Below are positions 8,722 to 18,029 of a stretch of 64,000 nucleotides of DNA, piece by piece. Positions within the stretch are counted from its first letter, which is position 1, and the number at the start of each line of letters is the position of its first letter. The notes under the pieces are model-generated. The model worked only from the letters and a program-made list of their open reading frames with translations, had not been told where the DNA came from and did not search any database. The stretch is from IMG/VR virus record IMGVR_UViG_3300050821_002957, positions 341,632-405,631 of that record; one strand, written 5' to 3'. The position numbers and the translations under genes are program-made.

Positions 8722-10246
8722 CACAGCATGGAGAATGCAAAACGGACTTGATGGCTTCAAGTATCCTCGTGGTTCGAGTGAGCGCATGATGCCGAAGCGC
8801 ACGGACGGCTACAAACCTTCGCACTGGATGTTCGAGGAAGACGGCGTGACCGAGTGTTATGACTACCTCACCAGCCGTGGCGGTATGTTTCAAGACCTGA
8901 CGATGTTTGGAGCACAGTCCATCGTCATGAAGTACTTCTTGGGATGTGTCGTAACCCCGGAACAAGTTCGACGTGCTCGCAAATTTTATAAGAGTTATTA
9001 CGGCATGGACGGCGTGTTCAACTACGAAGCGTGGATGGACATTGCGACTCGTCTCGAAGGTCGCTTGCCTCTAGAATTCTGGGCGCTGCCTGAAGGCATG
9101 AGCGGCATTCCAGTTCAGACGCCGATGATGGCCTACGTCAACACCGATCCGAAGCACGCCCATCTGTCTGGCTACGTCGAGCCGCTGACGTTCAAGGTGT
9201 GGAATACAATCACCGTGGCGTCGTTGTCACAGCACATCAAGAAAATCATCTATCAGTTCCTCGTCGAGACCGGCACGCCCGAAGACATCATTTGGAAGCT
9301 GCATGACTTCGGTTACCGTGGTGTTTCGAGCGAAGAGTCCGCTGAATTTGCTGGGGCCGCACACCTTCTGAATTTCTGGGGCAGCGACACCATTCCGGCT
9401 ATCGATCACATCAACGAATTTTACTCGGATGGTGTGTTCGACGAAGATGGTGACCCTACCTACATGCCTGCCTTCAGCGTCCGTGCCACAGAGCACAGCA
9501 TCATGACGCAGAATGGCCGCAATGGTGAGTCGGCCATCGTTAAGCGTATCCTTCAAAAGTGCCCGAATGGGATCATCGCAATGGTCGGCGATAGCTACAA
9601 CATCTTCGACTTCTCCAGCAAGATCATCGGAACTGAATTCCACACCGAAGTGATCGAGCGTGAAGGTATTGTTGTGATTCGCCCGGACAGCGGTGAACCG
9701 ATTCCGACGATGATGAAAGTGATGTGGGAACTCGGCGAAAAATTCGGCAAGACGGTCAATGACAAGGGCTACTACAATCTCGGCACAGGCAAGGGTCTGG
9801 GCAAGATCAAGGTGCTTCAGGGCGACAAGAACGACTACGATGCTGTCTATAACATGCTCCGTGCCTTCAAGGGCGCTCAGTGGTCGGCGGATAACATTGC
9901 AGCCTTCGGCATGGGTGGCGCACTGTTGCAGGCCAGCACTCGTGATACTCAGAAGATGGCCGTCAAGCTCTCTTCGCAGACTCGTAATGGCGTCTGGGAA
10001 GATATCTTCAAAGATCCGATCACCGATCCTGGCAAGGGTTCCAAGTATGGTCGCTTCGCTGTGACATACGAAGAGAATGCTGGTGTACGTCGTATGGTGA
10101 CCAGTCGTCTGACTCAGAATGGTTCGATTCCGAATGGCAATCTGATGCGGATGATTTCTCGCAACGGTTACCTCGCCGTCCATGACAAATTTGAAACGGC
10201 TCGTGCTCGTGCGGATGAGTGGATGCCGAAATCCAAAGCAGCTTAA
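8711..10246 (+). CDS. nadV: Nicotinamide phosphoribosyltransferase
   Basis: TDGYKPSH, LHDFGYRG, ATEHS, DSY, IRPDSG, FGMGGALLQ, RDT, KDPITDPGKGSK. Confidence 0.95.
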   Translation: MPANTAWRMQNGLDGFKYPRGSSERMMPKRTDGYKPSHWMFEEDGVTECYDYLTSRGGMFQDLTMFGAQSIVMKYFLGCVVTPEQVRRARKFYKSYYGMDGVFNYEAWMDIATRLEGRLPLEFWALPEGMSGIPVQTPMMAYVNTDPKHAHLSGYVEPLTFKVWNTITVASLSQHIKKIIYQFLVETGTPEDIIWKLHDFGYRGVSSEESAEFAGAAHLLNFWGSDTIPAIDHINEFYSDGVFDEDGDPTYMPAFSVRATEHSIMTQNGRNGESAIVKRILQKCPNGIIAMVGDSYNIFDFSSKIIGTEFHTEVIEREGIVVIRPDSGEPIPTMMKVMWELGEKFGKTVNDKGYYNLGTGKGLGKIKVLQGDKNDYDAVYNMLRAFKGAQWSADNIAAFGMGGALLQASTRDTQKMAVKLSSQTRNGVWEDIFKDPITDPGKGSKYGRFAVTYEENAGVRRMVTSRLTQNGSIPNGNLMRMISRNGYLAVHDKFETARARADEWMPKSKAA

Positions 10247-10255
10247 GGAAAACCA

Positions 10256-11455
10256 ATGAGCCATTTTACTGTAATGGTTGCGGGAGAAGATGTCGATGTC
10301 CTTCTCGCACCCTACCATGAATTTGAATGTACTGGGGAAGATAATCAGTACGTCCAAGACATCGACCAGACCGAAGAAGCTCGACAAGAATACGCCGACC
10401 ACAAAGAAACGGTTGTTCGTCATCTGGCTTCTGGTAAGTTGGTCAAGAAGTTTACGAAAGAAGGCGAATACAAAAAGATGTTCGTCCGTGAACCTACACC
10501 AGAAGAATTGGCTCAAATTGGACGCTTTGGTGGCAGCGGCTCCTTGAGCAATGGCCTCAGTTATTATTCAAAAGATTGGGGTGATGGGTTAGGTTATCGT
10601 GCAAAGATCATCATCGTTCCCGAAGGCTACGAAGAAGTCGAAGTGCCTTGTTCTGAAGTGATGACGTTCGCCGAATTTATCGAGTATTGGTACGGGCGCA
10701 AGACGGTGCCTGAAGGCCGGGAACCAAATTTGAAGCGGCAACACAAGTACGGCTATGCGGTCGTAAATGAAGATGGTGAGGTCATTAAAGTCATTGACCG
10801 CACCAATCCCAACAAGAAGTGGGACGGCTATCAAATCGGTGGACGCTGGAACGGTTTCTTCAAGCTGAAGGAAAACAAAATTGGCATCATCGGTGAACCC
10901 GGCTTGCAGTCAATCAGCGAAAACTATAAACCACCTGCTTCAAATCGAGCCGACATCGCACGTAAAGGTGACATTGATTTCGACGGAATGAAATTTGAAT
11001 CAGCGACACGAGCAGCACAGAAGTACGATCTGTTTACGTCGATCACCAAAGCTCTTCCGTTGGCGCTTACATGGCCCTTGATGTTGGAAAAACACAAGAC
11101 CGGCGTCGATGCCAAGGGTGAACCTACATACAACTACAGTGTGGCCCGAGACGAATACGGTGCCCAACCGATGGTTCAGGCGCTTCGTAATCACAAAGAC
11201 GACGATGTTCGCTGGTGGGATTTGGAAGATTTCATGATGACTCGTCAAGAGTACATCGACCTCAGCGCAAAACAATCTATCATGACTTACGCCCTTGTCA
11301 TCGGTGACCAGTGGATTGCTCGTGGACGCATGGGTTGGTTCGGCGTCTCCCTCGACGAGAAAGACGAATACAAAGTTTGGGTAGATCGCTTTCACGAAGC
11401 TCTAAACGCATTGCCCGACGATACGCTGTTGACAATTGTGGATTGTCACATATGA
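10256..11455 (+). CDS. Conserved phage hypothetical protein (MSHFTV...DCHI family), long paralog
   Basis: NPNKKWDGYQIGGRW, GRMGWFG, terminal VDCHI. Confidence 0.7.
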   Translation: MSHFTVMVAGEDVDVLLAPYHEFECTGEDNQYVQDIDQTEEARQEYADHKETVVRHLASGKLVKKFTKEGEYKKMFVREPTPEELAQIGRFGGSGSLSNGLSYYSKDWGDGLGYRAKIIIVPEGYEEVEVPCSEVMTFAEFIEYWYGRKTVPEGREPNLKRQHKYGYAVVNEDGEVIKVIDRTNPNKKWDGYQIGGRWNGFFKLKENKIGIIGEPGLQSISENYKPPASNRADIARKGDIDFDGMKFESATRAAQKYDLFTSITKALPLALTWPLMLEKHKTGVDAKGEPTYNYSVARDEYGAQPMVQALRNHKDDDVRWWDLEDFMMTRQEYIDLSAKQSIMTYALVIGDQWIARGRMGWFGVSLDEKDEYKVWVDRFHEALNALPDDTLLTIVDCHI

Positions 11456-11637
11456 GTACAGAAGAAAACTCATCGTTGTTGGATTCTGTTGTCAACGAAA
11501 CGGAGCATCCGACGTACAAACACTCAGAGCCTCCACAGACGACCAACTTATGTCGATGGGAACCATGTACATTCATTTTGTTTGGTCTGAACGGTGAAAC
11601 TCACGAAGAATACCATAAGCGGAAAGGATGTGCCTGA
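11452..11637 (+). CDS. Small hypothetical protein
   Basis: Overlapping start/stop in the operon. Confidence 0.4.
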   Translation: MSTEENSSLLDSVVNETEHPTYKHSEPPQTTNLCRWEPCTFILFGLNGETHEEYHKRKGCA

Positions 11638-11933
11638 TGACTCGCAGCAAGTACGTACACAGTGCCGATGAATTGCCTCCCGGCGAACATTGGGCTATTA
11701 TCGAAGGATCATCGTTCACGATCCCTGGTGACGAACGCTCCCGAACGCATCCCGGCCACGGTTATCCCGAGAGCACGGAACGGTACATCACTTATGAAGC
11801 CTTTACCGACAAAACGGAATTTGAGACAGAATTGAAGGCTCGTCTCCGTAGCAAAGGTCAATACAGAACAGTCCGGGGAATTCACGTTCAAGTCTACGAA
11901 GCAACAACCGAAATTCATCTCAAGGAAAAGTGA
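11637..11933 (+). CDS. Hypothetical protein
   Basis: IPGDERSRTHPGHGYP motif. Confidence 0.6.
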   Translation: MTRSKYVHSADELPPGEHWAIIEGSSFTIPGDERSRTHPGHGYPESTERYITYEAFTDKTEFETELKARLRSKGQYRTVRGIHVQVYEATTEIHLKEK

Positions 11934-12160
11934 TGCCATTACGACTTCTAATCATCGATGCCAAATGTTCGGACATGTGCAGCTACGCATTGTCTGTCAA
12001 CGGTAACGTATTGAAAAATGGAGAGGGTTATGTGCCTTCTCTGATGCCCAACAAAGGCGGCGATTATGTCAATCTTGCTATTGACATTGACAGTGGGAAG
12101 ATTTTAAACTGGAAGGTGCCAACAGAGGCAGAACTAGAAAAATTCATCGACGAGATCTAA
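11930..12160 (+). CDS. Hypothetical protein
   Basis: GYVP...GDYVNLAIDIDSGKILNWK phage motif. Confidence 0.6.
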   Translation: MMPLRLLIIDAKCSDMCSYALSVNGNVLKNGEGYVPSLMPNKGGDYVNLAIDIDSGKILNWKVPTEAELEKFIDEI

Positions 12161-12161
12161 C

Positions 12162-13163
12162 ATGCCTAACGGACTACAGATTTTTGGTGGGCGTGCAAAC
12201 CCCAAATTGACGAATGACATCTGCATTGCGATGGAGCACAAGAACGGTCAGCGAGAGATCAAACAATTTGCAGATGGAGAAATCTGGATGCAATACACGG
12301 ACAACATTCGTGGTTCTGATGTCTTCATTGTCCAGCCGACCTGTGCTCCGGTGAACGACAATTTGATGGAATTGATGCTGATGATCAATGCTGCAAAGTT
12401 GGCATCAGCGAAGCGAGTCCAGGTGGTGCTGCCATACTTCGGTTATGCCCGTCAGGATCGCAAGGATCGCCCCAGAACGCCACTGTCGGCCAAAGTGGTG
12501 GCATCCATGCTTGGTTCGCAACGCATCAAGCGTGTACTAACGATGGATTTGCATAGCGCACCAATCCAAGGATTCTTTGACATTCCTGTTGATCACTTGT
12601 ATGCTCTACCAGTCTTCATCGACTACATCAAACAAAATTTTGAACTGAGTAATTTGACCATCGTCTCACCGGATGCTGGTGGTACGACGAGAGCACGGAT
12701 GTTGGCAATGAAGCTCGGCCTGCCGCTGGCGATCTTGGATAAGTTTCGTGAAGCTGCCAATGTTGCCGAAGTTATGAACATCATTGGCGATGTCAAAGGT
12801 CGAAATTGTCTCATGATTGATGACATGATCGACACGGCAGGCACGTTGGTCAAGGGTGCAAAAGCTCTAATGAATATGGGTGGCGCTCGCAGTGTCGATG
12901 CAATAGCAACTCATGGTATCCTTTCCTACGACAAAAAAGAAGACATCTCTGCCCTCGACAAAATTGAAAATTCGGTCATCCGAACTGTCACGGTGACGGA
13001 CACAATTCCACAAGAAGAAAACCTGGGTCGCATCTTACGCAACAATCAGGGTGACGCAATTAGAACCACGAAGAAGCTGAAGGTTCTCTCAGTTGCTCCG
13101 TTGTTCGCCAAGGCAATCCAAGCTGTCCATAATAACGATTCGGTGAGTGGCCTTTTCGTATGA
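12162..13163 (+). CDS. prs: Ribose-phosphate pyrophosphokinase (class I-like)
   Basis: FADGE, PYFGYARQDRK, DLHS..IQGFF, VSPDAGG, DDMIDTAGTL, ATHG. Confidence 0.95.
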   Translation: MPNGLQIFGGRANPKLTNDICIAMEHKNGQREIKQFADGEIWMQYTDNIRGSDVFIVQPTCAPVNDNLMELMLMINAAKLASAKRVQVVLPYFGYARQDRKDRPRTPLSAKVVASMLGSQRIKRVLTMDLHSAPIQGFFDIPVDHLYALPVFIDYIKQNFELSNLTIVSPDAGGTTRARMLAMKLGLPLAILDKFREAANVAEVMNIIGDVKGRNCLMIDDMIDTAGTLVKGAKALMNMGGARSVDAIATHGILSYDKKEDISALDKIENSVIRTVTVTDTIPQEENLGRILRNNQGDAIRTTKKLKVLSVAPLFAKAIQAVHNNDSVSGLFV

Positions 13164-13288
13164 TGATTCATGTTCCTGATGAATTGCTTCGAGAGTTGGG
13201 ATTGGACCCAGAATGTTGGGATGAATGCCAGGAAGAAGTAGTTTCAATTTTAGAAGATGTAGCCGAAGAAGAATCTGAAGACTTTTAA
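13160..13288 (+). CDS. Tiny acidic protein (42 aa)
   Basis: Below the track cutoff: MMIHVPDELLRELGLDPECWDECQEEVVSILEDVAEEESEDF; fills the gap exactly. Confidence 0.5.
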   Translation: MMIHVPDELLRELGLDPECWDECQEEVVSILEDVAEEESEDF

Positions 13289-13291
13289 TTT

Positions 13292-13996
13292 ATGAGCCAT
13301 TTTACCGTACTCGTTATTACTCCCAACGGTACGGAGCAGGAAGCCGAAGCTCTGCTTGCTCCATACTGTGAACACACCGAAGTAGAACCTTACCAGACTC
13401 AGTGTTGGTGTGTCGGCATCAATGCTAGGAAATCAGTTCGAGAAGCTGTCACCCTCGAAATGCCCATTGAAAAGGCCAGAGATGAATTCTTGGCCCGAGA
13501 AGATGTCTGCAATCTGATCGAAGAATCCAAAAAGGCCGGAAATTATGGATTTTCTGAAGAAGTAGATAGGTTATGGGACGAGCGATTTGACAAACCTTTT
13601 GAACTTCGAGAAAAGGAATTGCTTGCTGCTCGGCCTGATCGTGATGCAGCAGATCCGACTTGCGATGAATGCAAAGGCACCGGCATCGAGACGACAACGT
13701 ACAATCCTCGGTCAAAATGGGATTGGTACGAACTTGGTGGTCGTTGGTGGGACCTGCTTGCGGTTTTTCAAGGTGAACCTGTTTCCAAATTTCTAGAAGC
13801 CAAAGGTGAAGACGATCAACCGTTCCGCACCTTTGCGATCATTACTCCTGACGGACAGTGGCTCGAAGCTGGTAAATTGCTTTGTTTCGCTGTTGTCGCC
13901 GAAGAAAAAGATCCTAGAGAATGGGAAGCCTGCTATAACGAAACACTAGACAAATATCGAGACCATAGGGCATTGTTTTACGATTGCCATATTTGA
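13292..13996 (+). CDS. MSHFTV...DCHI family protein, short paralog with Zn-finger insert
   Basis: NPRSKWDWYELGGRW, CDECKGTG, YDCHI. Confidence 0.7.
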   Translation: MSHFTVLVITPNGTEQEAEALLAPYCEHTEVEPYQTQCWCVGINARKSVREAVTLEMPIEKARDEFLAREDVCNLIEESKKAGNYGFSEEVDRLWDERFDKPFELREKELLAARPDRDAADPTCDECKGTGIETTTYNPRSKWDWYELGGRWWDLLAVFQGEPVSKFLEAKGEDDQPFRTFAIITPDGQWLEAGKLLCFAVVAEEKDPREWEACYNETLDKYRDHRALFYDCHI

Positions 13997-14017
13997 ACAC
14001 TGTGCTATGATACTCGT

Positions 14018-15088
14018 ATGTCCGTCGAAAACGACAAAACGGGTCTTCTGGATCGGGATTCATTTCGTAATGGGGTGTTTCTGCGTGACGGGTACAAGTG
14101 TGTAATCTGTGGTGCCTCTGGCGTGCGTTTAGACGCTCACCACATCATCGAAAGACGCCTATGGGATGATGGTGGCTATTATCTGGACAATGGCGCTACG
14201 CTCTGCGATGAGGGTCTTGCTCATCACATGCGTGCGGAGGAAACAGTTCTTACTTGTGACCAGATCCGCACTGCCGCAAACATCAAACGAGTAATCATTC
14301 CTGACCATCTGTACAACGACTATAATTACGATAAATGGGGCAATATTCTCAACCCGGACGGCAGTCGCACCAAAGGCGAACTGTTCAACGACGAATCGGT
14401 CCAGAAGGTTCTAAAAGCTGGCGGCGTCCTTGATCAATTTCGAGCATATGTTAAATATCCTCGGACATATCATCTTCCTTGGTCACCCGGTCTGACTGAC
14501 GATGATCGAATGTTGCCCTCGACCAAAATATTTGAAGGTCGTGAAGTTGTCGTTACTGAGAAGATGGACGGCGAGAATACGACGCTCTATCGTGACTACA
14601 TGCACGCTCGGTCTCTTGAAGAAGAGCATCATGAAAGTCGGGGATGGGTGAAAAAACTTCATGCCGAAATCTGTTGGAACATTCCTGAGGGCTGGCGCAT
14701 CTGTGGTGAAAATTTGTATGCGCTTCATTCTGTAGGATATCAAAACCTTCTTTCTTATTTCTTAGTTTTTTCAATTTGGGATCAAAATAACATCTGCCAG
14801 TCGTGGGATGATACAGTAGAGTATGCAGCAGTGCTCGGCCTGCAAATGGTTCCGGTGATCTATCGAGGAATTTGGGATGAACGTCTGGTAAAGTCTTTTT
14901 CGGATAGCATTGATACTAAAAAGCAGGAAGGTTATACCGTTCGTGTGACTGATGCCTTTGCTTATGGTTCTTTCCGAAAATCGATTGCAAAATGGGTCCG
15001 CAAAGGTCACGTCCAGACGACGCATAATTGGAAAATGAGATCGGTAGTAAAAAATGGGCTAAGTCATGAAACCAAAGTTGCAACCTAA
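14018..15088 (+). CDS. HNH domain fused to ATP-dependent RNA ligase (Rnl2-like)
   Basis: CVICG..LDAHHI..NGATLC; KYPRTYHLPWS, TEKMDGEN, GENLYA, EGYTVR, AKWVR. Confidence 0.85.
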   Translation: MSVENDKTGLLDRDSFRNGVFLRDGYKCVICGASGVRLDAHHIIERRLWDDGGYYLDNGATLCDEGLAHHMRAEETVLTCDQIRTAANIKRVIIPDHLYNDYNYDKWGNILNPDGSRTKGELFNDESVQKVLKAGGVLDQFRAYVKYPRTYHLPWSPGLTDDDRMLPSTKIFEGREVVVTEKMDGENTTLYRDYMHARSLEEEHHESRGWVKKLHAEICWNIPEGWRICGENLYALHSVGYQNLLSYFLVFSIWDQNNICQSWDDTVEYAAVLGLQMVPVIYRGIWDERLVKSFSDSIDTKKQEGYTVRVTDAFAYGSFRKSIAKWVRKGHVQTTHNWKMRSVVKNGLSHETKVAT

Positions 15089-15416
15089 AGGCACACCTGC
15101 TTTGAACGTAATCATGACTGAACATGCCGTCTTGCGAATGCGTGAACGGATGCCAGATGATTTTACTTTCCCAACCATTGGATCTTACGTGCGCCTGCTG
15201 ACGATGCAGGACACCTATCACGATCTAAATCTAGAACTGTTACGTCTAAAAGGCGGCATTGTAATCGGAAAGTGGAATGGGTCGCATTTGGCTGTTGTCA
15301 CTATGTTTTCAGAAAAAACATTTCATCGTTTTCAGAAGAGACAAAAATCCAGGTTTCAACCGCTTAACACGACCTGTTACCTGCTCAATAACATCATTTT
15401 TCCAAAGGCAGCGTAG
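15066..15416 (+). CDS. Hypothetical protein
   Basis: MTEHAVLRMRER motif. Confidence 0.5.
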   Translation: MKPKLQPKGTPALNVIMTEHAVLRMRERMPDDFTFPTIGSYVRLLTMQDTYHDLNLELLRLKGGIVIGKWNGSHLAVVTMFSEKTFHRFQKRQKSRFQPLNTTCYLLNNIIFPKAA

Positions 15417-15431
15417 CGATACATAGTTCAT

Positions 15432-15716
15432 GTGTCAGAACAGAAAAGTGGAATCGAGGTCAAGGTCATTGATTGGGGCAACGATCAACGTGAAGTCGCC
15501 ATTCATTTCCTGGACCTAAATCAGATGCTCACCCTGAACCCGGCAGGCGCTCGAACATTTGCATTTCGTCTGATGGAGTGCGCCGATTTTCTTGAACCAC
15601 CATTCGCTGACGACTCTCAAAAATTGCTAGAAGATCCCAACGACAACTCAGAATCCGAACGTTTCTTTGGTCCCTATGAAGATGATGAGGAGGACGAAGC
15701 CGACGAAGGATATTGA
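15432..15716 (+). CDS. Acidic hypothetical protein
   Basis: ORF fills the gap. Confidence 0.5.
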   Translation: MSEQKSGIEVKVIDWGNDQREVAIHFLDLNQMLTLNPAGARTFAFRLMECADFLEPPFADDSQKLLEDPNDNSESERFFGPYEDDEEDEADEGY

Positions 15717-15759
15717 CACATCTATTGACATTGAAAAATAGATGTAGTAAAGTTGAGCT
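15713..15759 (+). promoter_or_regulatory. sigma70-type leaderless promoter with two palindrome variants
   Basis: TTGACA(15725)-17-TAAAGT-6-ATG. Confidence 0.7.
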
Positions 15760-15963
15760 ATGATTCCTGTTATGGAGATGCAAAAGACCGTATCGATTAC
15801 GGCGGAAGAAAAATGGAAGCAAGGCGGAATGGATCAGCAGATTCGTCTTGAAATGTTGGCGGTCATCGGTCAACCTCGTTGCTATGCCAGCGAGTCCTGG
15901 AAGAAGTTACCCCACGTCCTGAAACTCAATCTCAGTGCCCGAAAATGGACCCAAAAAAGTTGA
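15760..15963 (+). CDS. Small hypothetical protein
   Basis: Directly follows the promoter. Confidence 0.5.
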   Translation: MIPVMEMQKTVSITAEEKWKQGGMDQQIRLEMLAVIGQPRCYASESWKKLPHVLKLNLSARKWTQKS

Positions 15964-16008
15964 TGTAGCTACTTGACATTGGCGTCGTTCCAATGTTAAG
16001 ATACATCT
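15960..16008 (+). promoter_or_regulatory. sigma70-type leaderless promoter with palindrome variants
   Basis: TTGACA(15973)-18-TAAGAT-6-ATG; AAGATACATCTA overlaps the -10 box and start. Confidence 0.7.
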
Positions 16009-16341
16009 ATGAGATACGAAATCTGGACCAACGAGACGAACGATCCGGCCAGGGAATATTTTGGGTTTGACGGGTATCGTCCCGGCGCTCACATGAAGCT
16101 GGCTTATTCCAATCTGATCGCTTCCAATCCTGATGCTCACGATGCTGCACTTGAGCGCCTTTTCGAGAAGTTTAACATCGACCAACCGGCTGATTATAAA
16201 GCACATTCTCTTAGTGTCGGTGATGTGGTTGTGCTTATCGATTCCGGTGTCCGTACTGCATACGCCTGTGAATCGTGCGGTTGGAAGGCACTTTTGGTTT
16301 TCGATCCGACCTTGAAGAATCCGGCCTGGGGGACACGATGA
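16009..16341 (+). CDS. YodL-like domain protein
   Basis: LERLFEKFNIDQPADYKAHSLSVGDVVVL. Confidence 0.75.
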   Translation: MRYEIWTNETNDPAREYFGFDGYRPGAHMKLAYSNLIASNPDAHDAALERLFEKFNIDQPADYKAHSLSVGDVVVLIDSGVRTAYACESCGWKALLVFDPTLKNPAWGTR

Positions 16342-16604
16342 GAATCAAGATCGAGTACCGTGACAGTACAAACGTTGCGGCAGCGCTGGTGAAGGCTGGC
16401 ATGAAAGCAGCAGCAAAGGGATACGATGAGTTTCGATTTGGCAAAACTCCCGATGTACTGATTTTCTCGGTCAAGAAACGTTGCCCTCGCTGCGGCGGAA
16501 ACAAGTACATTCTCGGCGTTGTCGGACCCGGCACAGGACCTCAGAATCGTGACATCGGCAGCATTCCTTGTCCTGAGTGTAACAAGAAAGCGAAGAGCAA
16601 ATGA
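16338..16604 (+). CDS. Zn-finger hypothetical protein
   Basis: CPRCGG...CPEC. Confidence 0.55.
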   Translation: MRIKIEYRDSTNVAAALVKAGMKAAAKGYDEFRFGKTPDVLIFSVKKRCPRCGGNKYILGVVGPGTGPQNRDIGSIPCPECNKKAKSK

Positions 16605-16855
16605 CCCCGGATCGTCTGGTTAGTTCTCTTTCAAAAGCCTTGGATGTCGTCAATGTCCAGGTCATCAATCACATTCATAACCGGCACACTCGGGTCAAGA
16701 TTTGCGCCCGTCGCACCCAGAAATTTGGTAATATTACATTGTCGGCGTCTCCCAGCGACTTCAATGTTCAACGTCAACGAGAACGTCAGATCCGAAAGGA
16801 ACTTCAGCGACTCGGCGTCGAAAATTACGACAAGTTTTGCTGGCGCACCGTATGA
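16601..16855 (+). CDS. Small HicA-like fold protein (tentative)
   Basis: H..V..., ITLSASPSD...RKELQRLG pattern. Confidence 0.4.
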   Translation: MTPDRLVSSLSKALDVVNVQVINHIHNRHTRVKICARRTQKFGNITLSASPSDFNVQRQRERQIRKELQRLGVENYDKFCWRTV

Positions 16856-17010
16856 TTGTGATTTTCTTGCTCTGGATTTTTGGGATTTATCTTTCGGTTG
16901 GTATTTCCATAGCACTTCCTGCCTGGGATGACATCAAGAGATTGGCAGGGGGACCGCTGGTATTTGCAATGGTTGTCTTTCTGTGGCCGTTACAATTTTC
17001 GGTAGAGTGA
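16852..17010 (+). CDS. Small membrane protein
   Basis: Below the track cutoff: MIVIFLLWIFGIYLSVG...VVFLWPLQFSVE. Confidence 0.45.
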   Translation: MIVIFLLWIFGIYLSVGISIALPAWDDIKRLAGGPLVFAMVVFLWPLQFSVE

Positions 17011-17013
17011 CCT

Positions 17014-17163
17014 ATGAAATGGATCATGTTATTTTTGAACGGTATGATCGTTTTAGGAATTGTTTTTTCTATGTTACTCTATGGCTTCTTGATTTACGAC
17101 GAACTGAAATGGGAAGCCGCTGACCAACAGTGGAAACACGCATTACAACAGGAGATTCAGTGA
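17014..17163 (+). CDS. Small membrane protein
   Basis: Below the track cutoff: MKWIMLFLNGMIVLGIVFSMLLYGFLIY...; stop overlaps the GTG of nadK. Confidence 0.45.
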   Translation: MKWIMLFLNGMIVLGIVFSMLLYGFLIYDELKWEAADQQWKHALQQEIQ

Positions 17164-17951
17164 AATTTTTCATCTTCTCGAACTTACTCGGCATTGCTCG
17201 TGATCCAGTCTATCAGGAGATCGTTAAATTCCTGAAAGAGATCGGTGCAGAACAGACTTTCAATTACGAAGAAGCCGTTATCAGTATTGTTCTCGGAGGC
17301 GACGGCACAGTTCTCGGAGCCGCACGAGCCGGAATTAAAAGTCCGATGCTGATTGTCAACACCGGCCATATGGGTTTTCTCACTTCGACCAAAGAACTTT
17401 TCAAAGAGAAAATTCAGGCGGCATACGACGGCAAGTTCACAACGACAGAACGACACATGCTCGACGTAATGCAAGAGTCGAACATGGATGAGCCACTCAA
17501 CGCTTTGAATGATGTCGTCATCAAGTCTAGCGCCCATTCCAAACTCATTCGCCTGGGCGTCTACGTCGTCAATAGCGAAGGCGTCGAGGATTTGGTGTCT
17601 GAGTACCGGGCAGATGGTCTGATCGTCGCTACGCCCACAGGATCGACGGCGTACAACATCTCAGCAGGTGGCCCGATCATTCACCCAAGTTGCCAGTCGT
17701 TCGTAGTGACACCGATTTGTCCGCAGGGATTAACGTACCGGCCCATCGTTCTGCCTTCGTATCTGAGTCTTCGTGTGAAACCGATGGAGCTTGGCTTATT
17801 CATGACCATTGACGGCCAGATCGAGCGAGCGTTGGACATGACGGCGATCTCAGTGAAGTACAATTCGGCCAAAATTGCGACAGTCGATCCCGATGGTTCT
17901 TATTTTCAGGTCTTGCGTGAAAAGATGGCTTGGGGTAAAATGCCAATATGA
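17160..17951 (+). CDS. nadK: NAD kinase
   Basis: LGGDGT, GHMGFL, ALNDV, ADGLIVATPTGSTAYNISAGGP, IDGQ. Confidence 0.95.
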   Translation: MKFFIFSNLLGIARDPVYQEIVKFLKEIGAEQTFNYEEAVISIVLGGDGTVLGAARAGIKSPMLIVNTGHMGFLTSTKELFKEKIQAAYDGKFTTTERHMLDVMQESNMDEPLNALNDVVIKSSAHSKLIRLGVYVVNSEGVEDLVSEYRADGLIVATPTGSTAYNISAGGPIIHPSCQSFVVTPICPQGLTYRPIVLPSYLSLRVKPMELGLFMTIDGQIERALDMTAISVKYNSAKIATVDPDGSYFQVLREKMAWGKMPI

Positions 17952-18029
17952 TATATTCCAGATCGGTGTACATCACTGGCATCCGAGTCATTGCAACGAA
18001 CCTTGTCGGCAACTGTAGTGACTACCAAA

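Noticed and set aside
9227-10516. 429-aa minus-strand ORF
   Set aside because: Antisense shadow of nadV arising from codon bias; no motifs, RBS or promoter. The same applies to the many other antisense ORFs in the track.
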